Positions 17,925 to 25,146 of a DNA stretch of 43,954 bases are shown here, piece after piece; the first letter of the stretch is position 1, and each line of letters begins with the position of its first letter. The notes below the pieces were generated by a model. It saw nothing but the letters and a program-made list of their open reading frames with translations, searched no databases and was not told the DNA's origin. A program made the translations under genes and the position numbers. Origin of the DNA: a virus (taxonomy: Duplodnaviria > Caudoviricetes). The stretch is taken from the IMG/VR virus record IMGVR_UViG_3300033487_000015, positions 1-43,954 of that record, one strand, 5' to 3'.

Positions 17925-17987
17925 TTATAACAGCGCCAGCCTAAAATGCGAGTACGCACTTCAGGCGAGTGGCGCGATCCGTTAGTG
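17925..17987 (+). repeat. attC-like site 2
   Basis: ttatAAC-a-gcgcca-gcct ... aggc-gag-tggcgc-gatcc-GTT. Confidence 0.8.
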
Positions 17988-18044
17988 TCAATAAACCGCG
18001 CTTCTGGATTGATAGTCCGAGCGCAAAAACGAAGGGTGTTTCTA

Positions 18045-18293
18045 ATGGATACTGGTGATGGTCGTTTCTCCGAAATACGCAAGGAAGTCGCAGATCAAAT
18101 CGTAGGTGCCGCCAATGGTAACAAGGATAAGGTTCCAATTTTTACTGTCGGCGAAACCATGGTAATTCGGGGAAGTTCATTTGAGGTTCGGAGTTTGGAT
18201 GCGTTTACCGGGATCGTCGTTCTCAAGCTTTTGCCACGCAACGGGCGTGAGTCTTTGAAAAACGGGCTTGGTGAGCGCTCGGAAGGAAATTAA
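18045..18293 (+). CDS. Cassette 3 gene, hypothetical
   Basis: ATG 18045 after gaaggg; ORF confined to the cassette. Confidence 0.6.
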   Translation: MDTGDGRFSEIRKEVADQIVGAANGNKDKVPIFTVGETMVIRGSSFEVRSLDAFTGIVVLKLLPRNGRESLKNGLGERSEGN

Positions 18294-18311
18294 TGTGGCG
18301 CGGTTTACAGC

Positions 18312-18384
18312 CACTAACAGCGGTAGCCCGTTCGCATTCGCACATTGTGAAGCACAACGTCGGGCTTACCGCAAACCGTTATAC
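18312..18384 (+). repeat. attC-like site 3
   Basis: cactAAC-a-gcggta-gcccg ... cgggc-t-taccgc-aaacc-GTT. Confidence 0.8.
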
Positions 18385-18432
18385 GAAATGTCAACCCGCC
18401 TTTTTATTGTAGGCGGCACAAAGGAGGTATCA

Positions 18433-18852
18433 ATGTTTGGATTCTTCGACATGGCTTTTAATTATGAATCGAGAAAGGTTGCCAATACGGTCATCGGTGG
18501 GGCTACTATTGACACTGCTGCGGTAACGGACAGCGCTCGGCCTTATGAAACCGGAATCGCGCATCCCGATTATAATGGGGGTTCTTGGATTATCGTTGAG
18601 TTATACGATTCAAAAGAACAGGCCGAGCTTGGACATGCAAAGTGGGTTAAGATTTTTTCACGTAAGCGATTACCGCCCCACCTAATCGATGTAAACGAAA
18701 GTGAATTGCAGAATGTAGCTAAAGCTATCGGCTCCGATCTGCATGGAATTTTCAAGCGAAATGTGCCGCAGAAAAGGGGAAGCGTGTTGACACTTCGCAC
18801 AACAAACGCTAAACGGCGCAAAGCCTCAATTGCGAAGCGCAACTGCGTTTAG
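18433..18852 (+). CDS. Cassette 4 gene, hypothetical
   Basis: Strong aaggagg RBS before ATG 18433; stop lies inside the att stem. Confidence 0.65.
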   Translation: MFGFFDMAFNYESRKVANTVIGGATIDTAAVTDSARPYETGIAHPDYNGGSWIIVELYDSKEQAELGHAKWVKIFSRKRLPPHLIDVNESELQNVAKAIGSDLHGIFKRNVPQKRGSVLTLRTTNAKRRKASIAKRNCV

Positions 18853-18867
18853 CGTCATCCGTTGGCT
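18796..18867 (+). repeat. attC-like site 4
   Basis: cgcacAAC-aa-acgctaaacg ... cgtttagcgt-catcc-GTT. Confidence 0.8.
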
Positions 18868-18908
18868 GCAATAGAGGCAAAGATCAACAATTATAGAAAG
18901 TTGGAAAA

Positions 18909-19253
18909 ATGAATTTTATAGCACGTCAAGAAATTTCAGTTGGCAATGCAGATACCGGTAGCGCTTTCGATATGACGGCAATATTTCCAGGATCAACATC
19001 TATTGAAAAAATTGTCGAATGGTCCGTATCTCGGTACAAAAGCGCTGCCTATGGCCGGTTAATAATTACTGTAGCGGAAACGCCAACCTCAGAATCATTG
19101 GAGTCGCCCGCAACAGACAGCCAACAAATCAATGATAAAATAGCTTTGAAATTAGAATATATCTTGGTTCGATTACAACATAATACCGGGACTGAATGGA
19201 AATATGAATGTGTGCAAGCGGCAAATGAATGCTTGGAGCTACTTCATCATTGA
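18909..19253 (+). CDS. Cassette 5 gene, hypothetical
   Basis: ORF runs through the long att loop and stops 7 nt before the next GTT. Confidence 0.6.
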   Translation: MNFIARQEISVGNADTGSAFDMTAIFPGSTSIEKIVEWSVSRYKSAAYGRLIITVAETPTSESLESPATDSQQINDKIALKLEYILVRLQHNTGTEWKYECVQAANECLELLHH

Positions 19254-19266
19254 CCATACGTTGTCC
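19118..19266 (+). repeat. attC-like site 5 (long loop)
   Basis: cagccAAC-aaa-tcaatgataaaatagct ... agctacttcatcattga-ccatac-GTT. Confidence 0.7.
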
Positions 19267-19319
19267 AAAACGTCCCCCGCAGCTCTGCTGCGATACGAAT
19301 AGAATATGAGCGGCGCAAA

Positions 19320-19505
19320 ATGATATACGGAATATGTAGTAAGTCACCAGAAGAAAGAATATTGAACAGTTTAAGAAGCACAGAATTTAATAAAGCACAC
19401 CGCAAGCGCCATAATAAAAGTGCATTGAATAGCTACTATAGAAAACGCGCCGCTCAAAAAATTAAGGAATCGCAATGCAGTCAAGAGCTGCGGGGTCGGT
19501 CATAA
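19320..19505 (+). CDS. Cassette 6 gene, small basic hypothetical protein
   Basis: Only ORF within the cassette body; weak RBS. Confidence 0.4.
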   Translation: MIYGICSKSPEERILNSLRSTEFNKAHRKRHNKSALNSYYRKRAAQKIKESQCSQELRGRS

Positions 19506-19570
19506 ATGACCTTCGTTTTGGACAACGCGTTCCGCACAAGAAGCGAGAGTTGCCGCTGCGAGTACGCATC

Positions 19571-19644
19571 GGACAACATCCCGCAGCCCGTCCATTCTCC
19601 CCTCAGAGCAGGGGAGACGGCGGGCAGTGCGGAACGCGTTGGTA
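19571..19644 (+). repeat. attC-like site 6
   Basis: ggacAAC-atc-ccgca-gcccg ... cgggc-ag-tgcgg-aacgc-GTT. Confidence 0.75.
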
Positions 19645-19692
19645 TGCCATGCCGCCCAGCTCCATTTAAATAGGTGCGTCGAAAGGAAAATT

Positions 19693-20019
19693 ATGAACTA
19701 TAGCGGACCTTGGAAATGCACTAAGTGCGGTAAAATATTCGAGTCAAATGTACTTATTGCCGCTGCTCAGGGTCAACCTGGGAAAGAACCTATATATCTA
19801 TGCTTGGATTGCCATAGTAGCGAACAGCATATAGACGCCGCGCAAGACAGCGGAGGCCGTCCGGCACAGGCAACCAACATCGTTAGCCACGAAATGCCAG
19901 ATTTTGAGGAAGTTAAAAAGCATGTTTCTTCCAAGTTTCCGCATAGGTTTATAGGCGATAATCATGAGGCGGTAATTAAGTTTACTCACGAATTTATAGC
20001 CCGGCACTTTGGGCAGTAA
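19693..20019 (+). CDS. Cassette 7 gene, Zn-finger hypothetical protein
   Basis: aagga RBS; WKCTKCG...LCLDCH; runs through the att loop. Confidence 0.6.
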   Translation: MNYSGPWKCTKCGKIFESNVLIAAAQGQPGKEPIYLCLDCHSSEQHIDAAQDSGGRPAQATNIVSHEMPDFEEVKKHVSSKFPHRFIGDNHEAVIKFTHEFIARHFGQ

Positions 20020-20034
20020 CGCGAACCGTTATGG
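19872..20034 (+). repeat. attC-like site 7 (long loop)
   Basis: aaccAAC-at-cgtta-gccacgaaatgcc ... ggcactttgggc-ag-taacg-cgaacc-GTT. Confidence 0.65.
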
Positions 20035-20081
20035 TCAAGCCCCGCCTCGCTCTGTGAGGCGAGTAAATAGGAGGTCAGCAA

Positions 20082-20291
20082 GTGAATCCTGAACCGTTAA
20101 TAATGCATTGGGGGGTGAACGTGGAAATAAATGGAGAGCGCGTTCTATCCATCGAAAGCAACTCCCTTTCTGGAATTGAAAATATTGAGGAGTTCGCCGA
20201 CACCATTCGAACGTGCGCTCTCCACCTATTGGCGTTCATTGGTGAAAGGCCGACCTCTGAAATTATGGAACCAAATGCAATCATGAGCTAG
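20082..20291 (+). CDS. Cassette 8 gene, hypothetical
   Basis: aggagg RBS before GTG 20082. Confidence 0.65.
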   Translation: MNPEPLIMHWGVNVEINGERVLSIESNSLSGIENIEEFADTIRTCALHLLAFIGERPTSEIMEPNAIMS

Positions 20292-20320
20292 GCGGGTGCG
20301 GTCCTTGCAGGCCCTCTTGA

Positions 20321-20424
20321 CCATAACGCGCGGCGTACGAGATTGCCTGTCAGTGGGCATGACCGCGAGGACTCAGCCGGCCCAAAATAGGCGCAGTGGA
20401 AAGCCATTATGCCGCGCGTTATGG
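20321..20424 (+). repeat. attC-like site 8 (near-perfect stem)
   Basis: ccataacgcgcggcgta ... tatgccgcgcgttatgg. Confidence 0.7.
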
Positions 20425-20439
20425 AGCTGGAGATTTAAT

Positions 20440-20586
20440 ATGTGCGTTATAACTGATGAGAATGACATGGTTGTTTCTGTATCATTGATTCCAGGTGTTA
20501 AACCAATTTCATCACGATTTAATGTTTATTTCCCTGTTGTGGGTGAGTTACCATGCGAGGGCGATACTTACAAACCAGTGCCATAA
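20440..20586 (+). CDS. Cassette 9 gene, small hypothetical (48 aa)
   Basis: ggag RBS; stop TAA falls in ccaTAAc, the complement of the cassette start gttatgg; right arm of the last att not recognisable. Confidence 0.5.
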   Translation: MCVITDENDMVVSVSLIPGVKPISSRFNVYFPVVGELPCEGDTYKPVP

Positions 20587-20635
20587 CTTTTCCGCATTGC
20601 AATATATCCTATTATTTATGAAAAGGAAAGCGTAT

Positions 20636-21136
20636 ATGCGATTTACAAAAATAAGGTTCAATAAAAAAGAGGGGAAAACCATTCTGGAATTTCAAAAGAA
20701 AAACAGAAAGGACGAATGGGACGATTTCGCGTTCTCATGCAGCGAACAGCCTCTCCCGGAATTTATTACAGCGATGCAATCCTTAAATATTTTCCTTCGC
20801 GATCTTTGCGAATTGCCACCAAAATACATTGATCGTCTTTCCGTAAAGGGAGTTTCGTTTTCCTATGGTGGAGAGAAAGAGGTAATGGGGGCTTGTCTTA
20901 TCGGGTCAATGCGGCTAAACTGTTCGTACCAGGAATTGAATTTGGTCTCACCATTTAAAGCAAGCGATTCATATAACGACAATAAAGCGGATCCCAAGTA
21001 TCTCCTCCCGAGCGGGGCCATCGTTATGCTGAAAGTTCTCTGTGATCATGCGGAAAGATATCTCAATGGCGAACGAGCACAACAGTACCTTTTTAAACAA
21101 AATGAACCGGAAGCAGCTCAAAATGATGTTTTCTAA
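20636..21136 (+). CDS. Conserved phage hypothetical protein
   Basis: aagga RBS; ends ERAQQYLF. Confidence 0.6.
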   Translation: MRFTKIRFNKKEGKTILEFQKKNRKDEWDDFAFSCSEQPLPEFITAMQSLNIFLRDLCELPPKYIDRLSVKGVSFSYGGEKEVMGACLIGSMRLNCSYQELNLVSPFKASDSYNDNKADPKYLLPSGAIVMLKVLCDHAERYLNGERAQQYLFKQNEPEAAQNDVF

Positions 21137-21563
21137 AAAGAAATGGGGAGAGCCGGCGGTCTCCCCAACGATGAAATCGGAGATACCCGAGCAATCTTTG
21201 CAGGCATTTGCTGATGAATATCTTCTCTGGAAGGGATACAGGAACATCCGGATCCCCGATCATTTTTTCAGGTGGATAAAAATGAATGCTCCTCAAAGAG
21301 TACAAAGGTGGTTTTTTTGGCTCTTTGGAGGATTCCCCGATAATCTTGTTCTTATTCCGTTTGGTGGCTACATGCTGGCGGTACCGCTGGAACTTAAAAC
21401 ACAGGATGCAAAGGGACGCGCAGTCGGCAAGCTCCACGGAAAACAGAAGATAAACGCGCGTAATGAGAATTGGATCATTGCACGGTCGACGGATCAAATA
21501 CAGGAAGCAATTGCTATTGCCGAGACTTATGCAAAGGCATTAAATCAAAAAATATCCGAATGA
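21123..21563 (+). CDS. PD-(D/E)xK nuclease, VRR-NUC / resolvase-like
   Basis: EQSLQ...GFPDNLVL...LELKT...Q motif order. Confidence 0.7.
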   Translation: MMFSKKKWGEPAVSPTMKSEIPEQSLQAFADEYLLWKGYRNIRIPDHFFRWIKMNAPQRVQRWFFWLFGGFPDNLVLIPFGGYMLAVPLELKTQDAKGRAVGKLHGKQKINARNENWIIARSTDQIQEAIAIAETYAKALNQKISE

Positions 21564-21686
21564 AATGGGAGGGGGCAGTCTAAAGTATGGAGCAATTTGG
21601 TAAAGACCGAATGGAGCAATTTTCCTCGAAAAAAGTCCCTTTAAATAACTTTTTTTCTGGAAAAAATCTTATTAAAAGGGGATGAA

Positions 21687-22163
21687 ATGCGCGGTAAGAA
21701 ACCGAAGCCGGCAATCCTGTTGAAGTTTGAAGGCAAGTCGCATTTGTCAAATGGCGATCTGACGGCACGGGCGGCAGCTGAAATAAAAATAGGCGACTCA
21801 ATCTTCATCGCCCCTGATTATATTCAGCTCGATCCAGTTGCTCTTGTAAAATGGAATCAAATTCTCGGATTTTATAGGGATGCCACTACAAAGGATTTAA
21901 CGACCTCGGCTGATATTGACATAATAGCTCAATATTGCTCGCTATTTTCAGAGCAAAAATACCTGATCGAACAGAGGATGAAGGCTAAGTCAGCAAAGCA
22001 GAAGATAAAATTCACGACTGCTCTTCTGAAAAATAGGGAAATGCTCCTTAAGTATTCCAATCATTTATACCTGAATCCGATTGCCCGATTGCGAAATATC
22101 CCCAAAAAAATGAGGGAACCGGAGCCATCTCAGCTTGAAATGGAAGGATTCGGAAACGTTTGA
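21687..22163 (+). CDS. terS: Terminase small subunit (P27-like)
   Basis: MRGKKPKP start, APDY, YC, LNPIAR; precedes the large subunit. Confidence 0.8.
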   Translation: MRGKKPKPAILLKFEGKSHLSNGDLTARAAAEIKIGDSIFIAPDYIQLDPVALVKWNQILGFYRDATTKDLTTSADIDIIAQYCSLFSEQKYLIEQRMKAKSAKQKIKFTTALLKNREMLLKYSNHLYLNPIARLRNIPKKMREPEPSQLEMEGFGNV

Positions 22164-23956
22164 ACAATATGACTCTCCGTGAAGAACTCATTGAATATTC
22201 ACAGGACTGCGAATCCTCGAAAATTGGAATATGTCAGAAACATAAATGGGCGTGCATGCGATTCGTTCATGATATTGAACGATCCGAGTCGAATGATCCA
22301 TCATTCCCTTATGTTTTTAATCCTAAGAGAATAGAAAAAATCAGGGGAAAAAAAATTGAGATTCGGCCTGCTGAGAAGTTTTTTAATTGGACAAGGTATT
22401 TTAAACATCGCAAAGGAATCCTTCATGGCATATCAATCGGTCTTACGCCAATTCAGAAGTTCGTTTTCGGGAATATATATGGCTGGGTTCATCGCGAAAC
22501 AGGATATCGGCGATTCAATAAAGTCTACTGGCAAATCGGGAGGAAAAACGCGAAATCGCAGGGCGCAGCCCTCATTGCAACCTATGAAACAATGGCATTC
22601 CTTTCAAAACGCGGAGAAACCAGCGAGGTATACTGCGCGGCGACGAAAACGGAGCAGGCGCGCATTGTATATGACGAGGCAGTCGCAATTCTTGATGATT
22701 GTAAAGATTTAAAGGGCCGATATAAAGTAGCCTACGGGAGGATCCGGCACGTAAAAACAGGCTCCTTCATGCGGCCTCTTTCCGAGGAAGATAAGAAAAC
22801 AGGTGATGGATTAAACCCGCAATGCGGGATTATTGATGAATATCATGCCCATGAGACGAGCGAGATGCTGGATATTTTGGTCAGCGGCATGGGCGCGCGT
22901 CAAGAGCCGCTCCTCCTCATCATCACGACAGCCGGATTTAACCTTAATAGTCCATGTTATCGGGTGGAATATGACCTCGTTTCAAAAATCCTAAATCCGA
23001 ATATCGACTTTACCCTCGACAATTATTTCGCCATTGTATGTGAACTTGATAAGAATGAAACCGCGGAGGATATGATAATCAACGGCCGAAAGATTAAGCC
23101 CGGAGACCTTATCGATGATATCAATGATGAAAATGCCTGGAAGAAGGCGAATCCGATCATATGTAGTTACCCGGAAGGAGTGGAATTTCTCAGAAAAGCG
23201 GTGAAGGAGGCCAAGGAAGCGCCTGAAAAACTGTCGAATTTATACACAAAACACTTCAATGTATGGGTAAAAATCGCCCAGTCCAGTTATATGAACATGG
23301 AAAAGTGGGCTCTTTGCAAAGGAGATTTTCCTGATTTACACGGTAAAATATGCTTCTGCGGGGGCGATCTGAGCGCCAAATTGGACCTCACGAGCGTCGG
23401 ATTCGAGTTTTTCTTGAATGATAAATTCCATTTGAGATCGCATTCCTTCATGCCTGAGGAGACTTTTGAGAAAAAAAAGAAGATGGACAAAGTGCCCTAT
23501 GAATTATGGGTGAAAGGAGGTTGGATCACACTCACCCGAGGGGCGATTGTCGATTACAGGGAGGTTATGGAATACATCATAAACCATTCAAAAGAGAATG
23601 GGTGGATGATCCAAGAAATTTGTCTCGACCCCTGGGGAACGGCTCAATTGTCAAGCGATCTCATCGACAAGGGGCAGACTGTTGTGGAGATCATCCAGGG
23701 AATAAAGACGCTTTCGGAACCGACGAAGAATTTTAGGGAGATGGTTTATCAGCGGCGGATTGTCCATGACGGCGATCCGGTGCTCACCTGGGCAATTTCT
23801 AACGCGGTCGTCGACGTGGTCGACCGTAATCAGAACATAATCCTGAACAAAAAAAAATCAACGCAACGCATCGACCCAATCGCAGCGATCATTAACGCGC
23901 ATGTTCGATGTATGGTTCAGCCAAAGACGAGTGGAGGTCGTGTTTTCTTTATTTGA
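22160..23956 (+). CDS. terL: Terminase large subunit
   Basis: GYRRF, GRKNAKS Walker A, IIDEYHAH Walker B, ITTAG, GGDLS, RIDPIAA. Confidence 0.95.
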   Translation: MNNMTLREELIEYSQDCESSKIGICQKHKWACMRFVHDIERSESNDPSFPYVFNPKRIEKIRGKKIEIRPAEKFFNWTRYFKHRKGILHGISIGLTPIQKFVFGNIYGWVHRETGYRRFNKVYWQIGRKNAKSQGAALIATYETMAFLSKRGETSEVYCAATKTEQARIVYDEAVAILDDCKDLKGRYKVAYGRIRHVKTGSFMRPLSEEDKKTGDGLNPQCGIIDEYHAHETSEMLDILVSGMGARQEPLLLIITTAGFNLNSPCYRVEYDLVSKILNPNIDFTLDNYFAIVCELDKNETAEDMIINGRKIKPGDLIDDINDENAWKKANPIICSYPEGVEFLRKAVKEAKEAPEKLSNLYTKHFNVWVKIAQSSYMNMEKWALCKGDFPDLHGKICFCGGDLSAKLDLTSVGFEFFLNDKFHLRSHSFMPEETFEKKKKMDKVPYELWVKGGWITLTRGAIVDYREVMEYIINHSKENGWMIQEICLDPWGTAQLSSDLIDKGQTVVEIIQGIKTLSEPTKNFREMVYQRRIVHDGDPVLTWAISNAVVDVVDRNQNIILNKKKSTQRIDPIAAIINAHVRCMVQPKTSGGRVFFI

Positions 23957-23966
23957 AAGGAGGATC

Positions 23967-24176
23967 ATGGAAGCTGATATCGCGAAACATATTCCGACTG
24001 CAAGACCTCTTTTCGGATCGACAAGTCATAGAGGCTGCGACGTAAAACAAATAACAGTGAGAACCACAATTAGTGACTCCGAAGTGATTATTATCACTCA
24101 TCAAAAGGAAGGATGGCGATTGAATGGAAACATCCCGCAGTGCGGCGGGGAAATATTATTGATTTTTGAGAAGTGA
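23967..24176 (+). CDS. Small hypothetical protein upstream of the GGT-NN array
   Basis: aggagg RBS before ATG 23967. Confidence 0.55.
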   Translation: MEADIAKHIPTARPLFGSTSHRGCDVKQITVRTTISDSEVIIITHQKEGWRLNGNIPQCGGEILLIFEK

Positions 24177-24183
24177 GATCAAT

Positions 24184-24263
24184 GATGAGGTCGGGTGGGG
24201 AGAGGTATGGTGAGGTGAGGTGGGGTAAGGTTTGGTGCGGTGCGGTAAGGTGGGGTATGGTAC
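24184..24263 (+). repeat. GGT-NN pentamer array 1 (15 units plus a degenerate GAT-GA lead unit); candidate guide ncRNA
   Basis: From 24189 NN = CG GG GA AT GA GA GG AA TT GC GC AA GG AT AC; strict 5-nt phase, one GGA variant. Confidence 0.9.
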
Positions 24264-24286
24264 TTAAAATTTAAAAAGGAGTAAAG

Positions 24287-24829
24287 ATGTATTCTGTAAT
24301 CGCGAGAATCAGAGGAAAAGAACCTGGACTTTTAATGCATAAATTTGGAGCTTCCTCAATAATGCAAGCTGAAAATAATATTAAAAAATCCGGAAGGTCA
24401 ATTCCCTCTGCTGAGGAAGAAGCCGAAGAAGGAGCATATCGACTTGAGAGCGGAGAACTGTGTCAGCCGGCAGAGCATATTTATCAAGCAATGTGCAAAG
24501 CAGCTGGTGATTTTTTAATTAAAGGTAAAAATAAAAAGACGTATAGAGGAGTGGTCGCTGGAAATGTTGTCATTTCACCAGAATTCATCGGACATGGAAC
24601 CGATAAATATGGAATTGATGCGAGGCCTGTAGGGATTCAGAAATCCAGGATTTTAAGGCGGCGACCTTGGTTGAAAAGTTGGCTCCTTGAATTCGAAATA
24701 AGCGTCCTGGATGAAGAATTGCTTCCGAGGGAAGTTTTAAATTCAATTTTAGTTACTGCAGGGCAGACGATTGGTATAGGAGATTATAGGCCACGCTTCG
24801 GCAGATTCATTGTTGAAGAATTTGCATAA
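24287..24829 (+). CDS. Stand-alone RAMP/Cas7-like protein flanked by GGT-NN arrays (Vipr-like)
   Basis: N-terminal strand plus PGLLMH, LCQPAEHIYQAMCKAA, RP...WLLEFEI, C-terminal Gly-rich loop AGQTIGIGDYRPRFGRF; aggag RBS. Confidence 0.7.
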   Translation: MYSVIARIRGKEPGLLMHKFGASSIMQAENNIKKSGRSIPSAEEEAEEGAYRLESGELCQPAEHIYQAMCKAAGDFLIKGKNKKTYRGVVAGNVVISPEFIGHGTDKYGIDARPVGIQKSRILRRRPWLKSWLLEFEISVLDEELLPREVLNSILVTAGQTIGIGDYRPRFGRFIVEEFA

Positions 24830-24842
24830 AATATTTTGCTCG

Positions 24843-24902
24843 GATGGGGTTAGGTAAGGTCGGGTGAGGTGTGGTCTGGTATGGTGAGGTAAGGTGGGGT
24901 AT
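24843..24902 (+). repeat. GGT-NN pentamer array 2 (11 units plus a GAT-GG lead unit); candidate guide ncRNA
   Basis: From 24848 NN = TA AA CG GA GT CT AT GA AA GG AT. Confidence 0.9.
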
Positions 24903-24907
24903 TTATA

Positions 24908-24957
24908 TTGTTCATAAACATTGACAGCGCATCCTTTTCGGTGTATATTATGAACAA
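24908..24957 (+). promoter_or_regulatory. Near-consensus sigma70 promoter bracketed by a 10-bp inverted repeat
   Basis: TTGACA 24921-24926, 17-bp spacer, TATATT 24944-24949; ttgttcataa (24908-24917) / ttatgaacaa (24948-24957). Confidence 0.7.
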
Positions 24958-24992
24958 ATAAGCATACCTCGGTACGCGGCTCTTTCAGTAAC

Positions 24993-25060
24993 AAGCTCGA
25001 TTTGATAGAATTCCATTTTATTGAAATTATGGGATTTTATTAAATCGGGCTTTTTTATTT
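24993..25060 (+). terminator. Long G-U-containing hairpin with T-tract
   Basis: agctcgatttgatagaattccat / atgggattttattaaatcgggct followed by tttttt. Confidence 0.6.
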
Positions 25061-25099
25061 CCGGGCTCCTTCGGCCTCATGACCCGAAGTAGCAAAAAT

Positions 25100-25146
25100 A
25101 GGCTGCCAGTGTGGGCACACTCTCACATTTGGTGGCCTTTTTTGTT
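25100..25146 (+). terminator. Second terminator-like hairpin before the portal operon
   Basis: aggctgcca / tggtggcct followed by T-tract. Confidence 0.55.

Larger units (their letters stand above)
17239..20587 (+). mobile_element. Integron-like array of about 9 gene cassettes
   Basis: GTT cores at 17239, 17527, 17981, 18378, 18861, 19260, 19638, 20028, 20418; each has a complementary ...AAC near the end of the same cassette. Confidence 0.85.

Noticed and set aside
17946-20440. Long ORF starts at 17946, 18268, 19475, 19627 and 20296
   Set aside because: They begin in the previous cassette or att hairpin; RBS-supported starts lie inside each cassette (18045, 18433, 19693, 20440)
17239-20587. 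Canonical (class 1-type) integron or resistance cassettes
   Set aside because: The recombinase lacks the IntI insertion, att geometry differs, and no resistance gene is recognisable
23650-23680. terL segment LIDKG as the target of GGT-NN array 2
   Set aside because: Only 5 of 11 dinucleotides match in a gapped reading, which is within chance
24184-24902. CRISPR array or simple microsatellite
   Set aside because: No 23-50 bp repeats with spacers; variation is confined to two positions per pentamer, unlike slippage-generated satellites. A G-quadruplex-only role is not excluded but does not explain the strict phase
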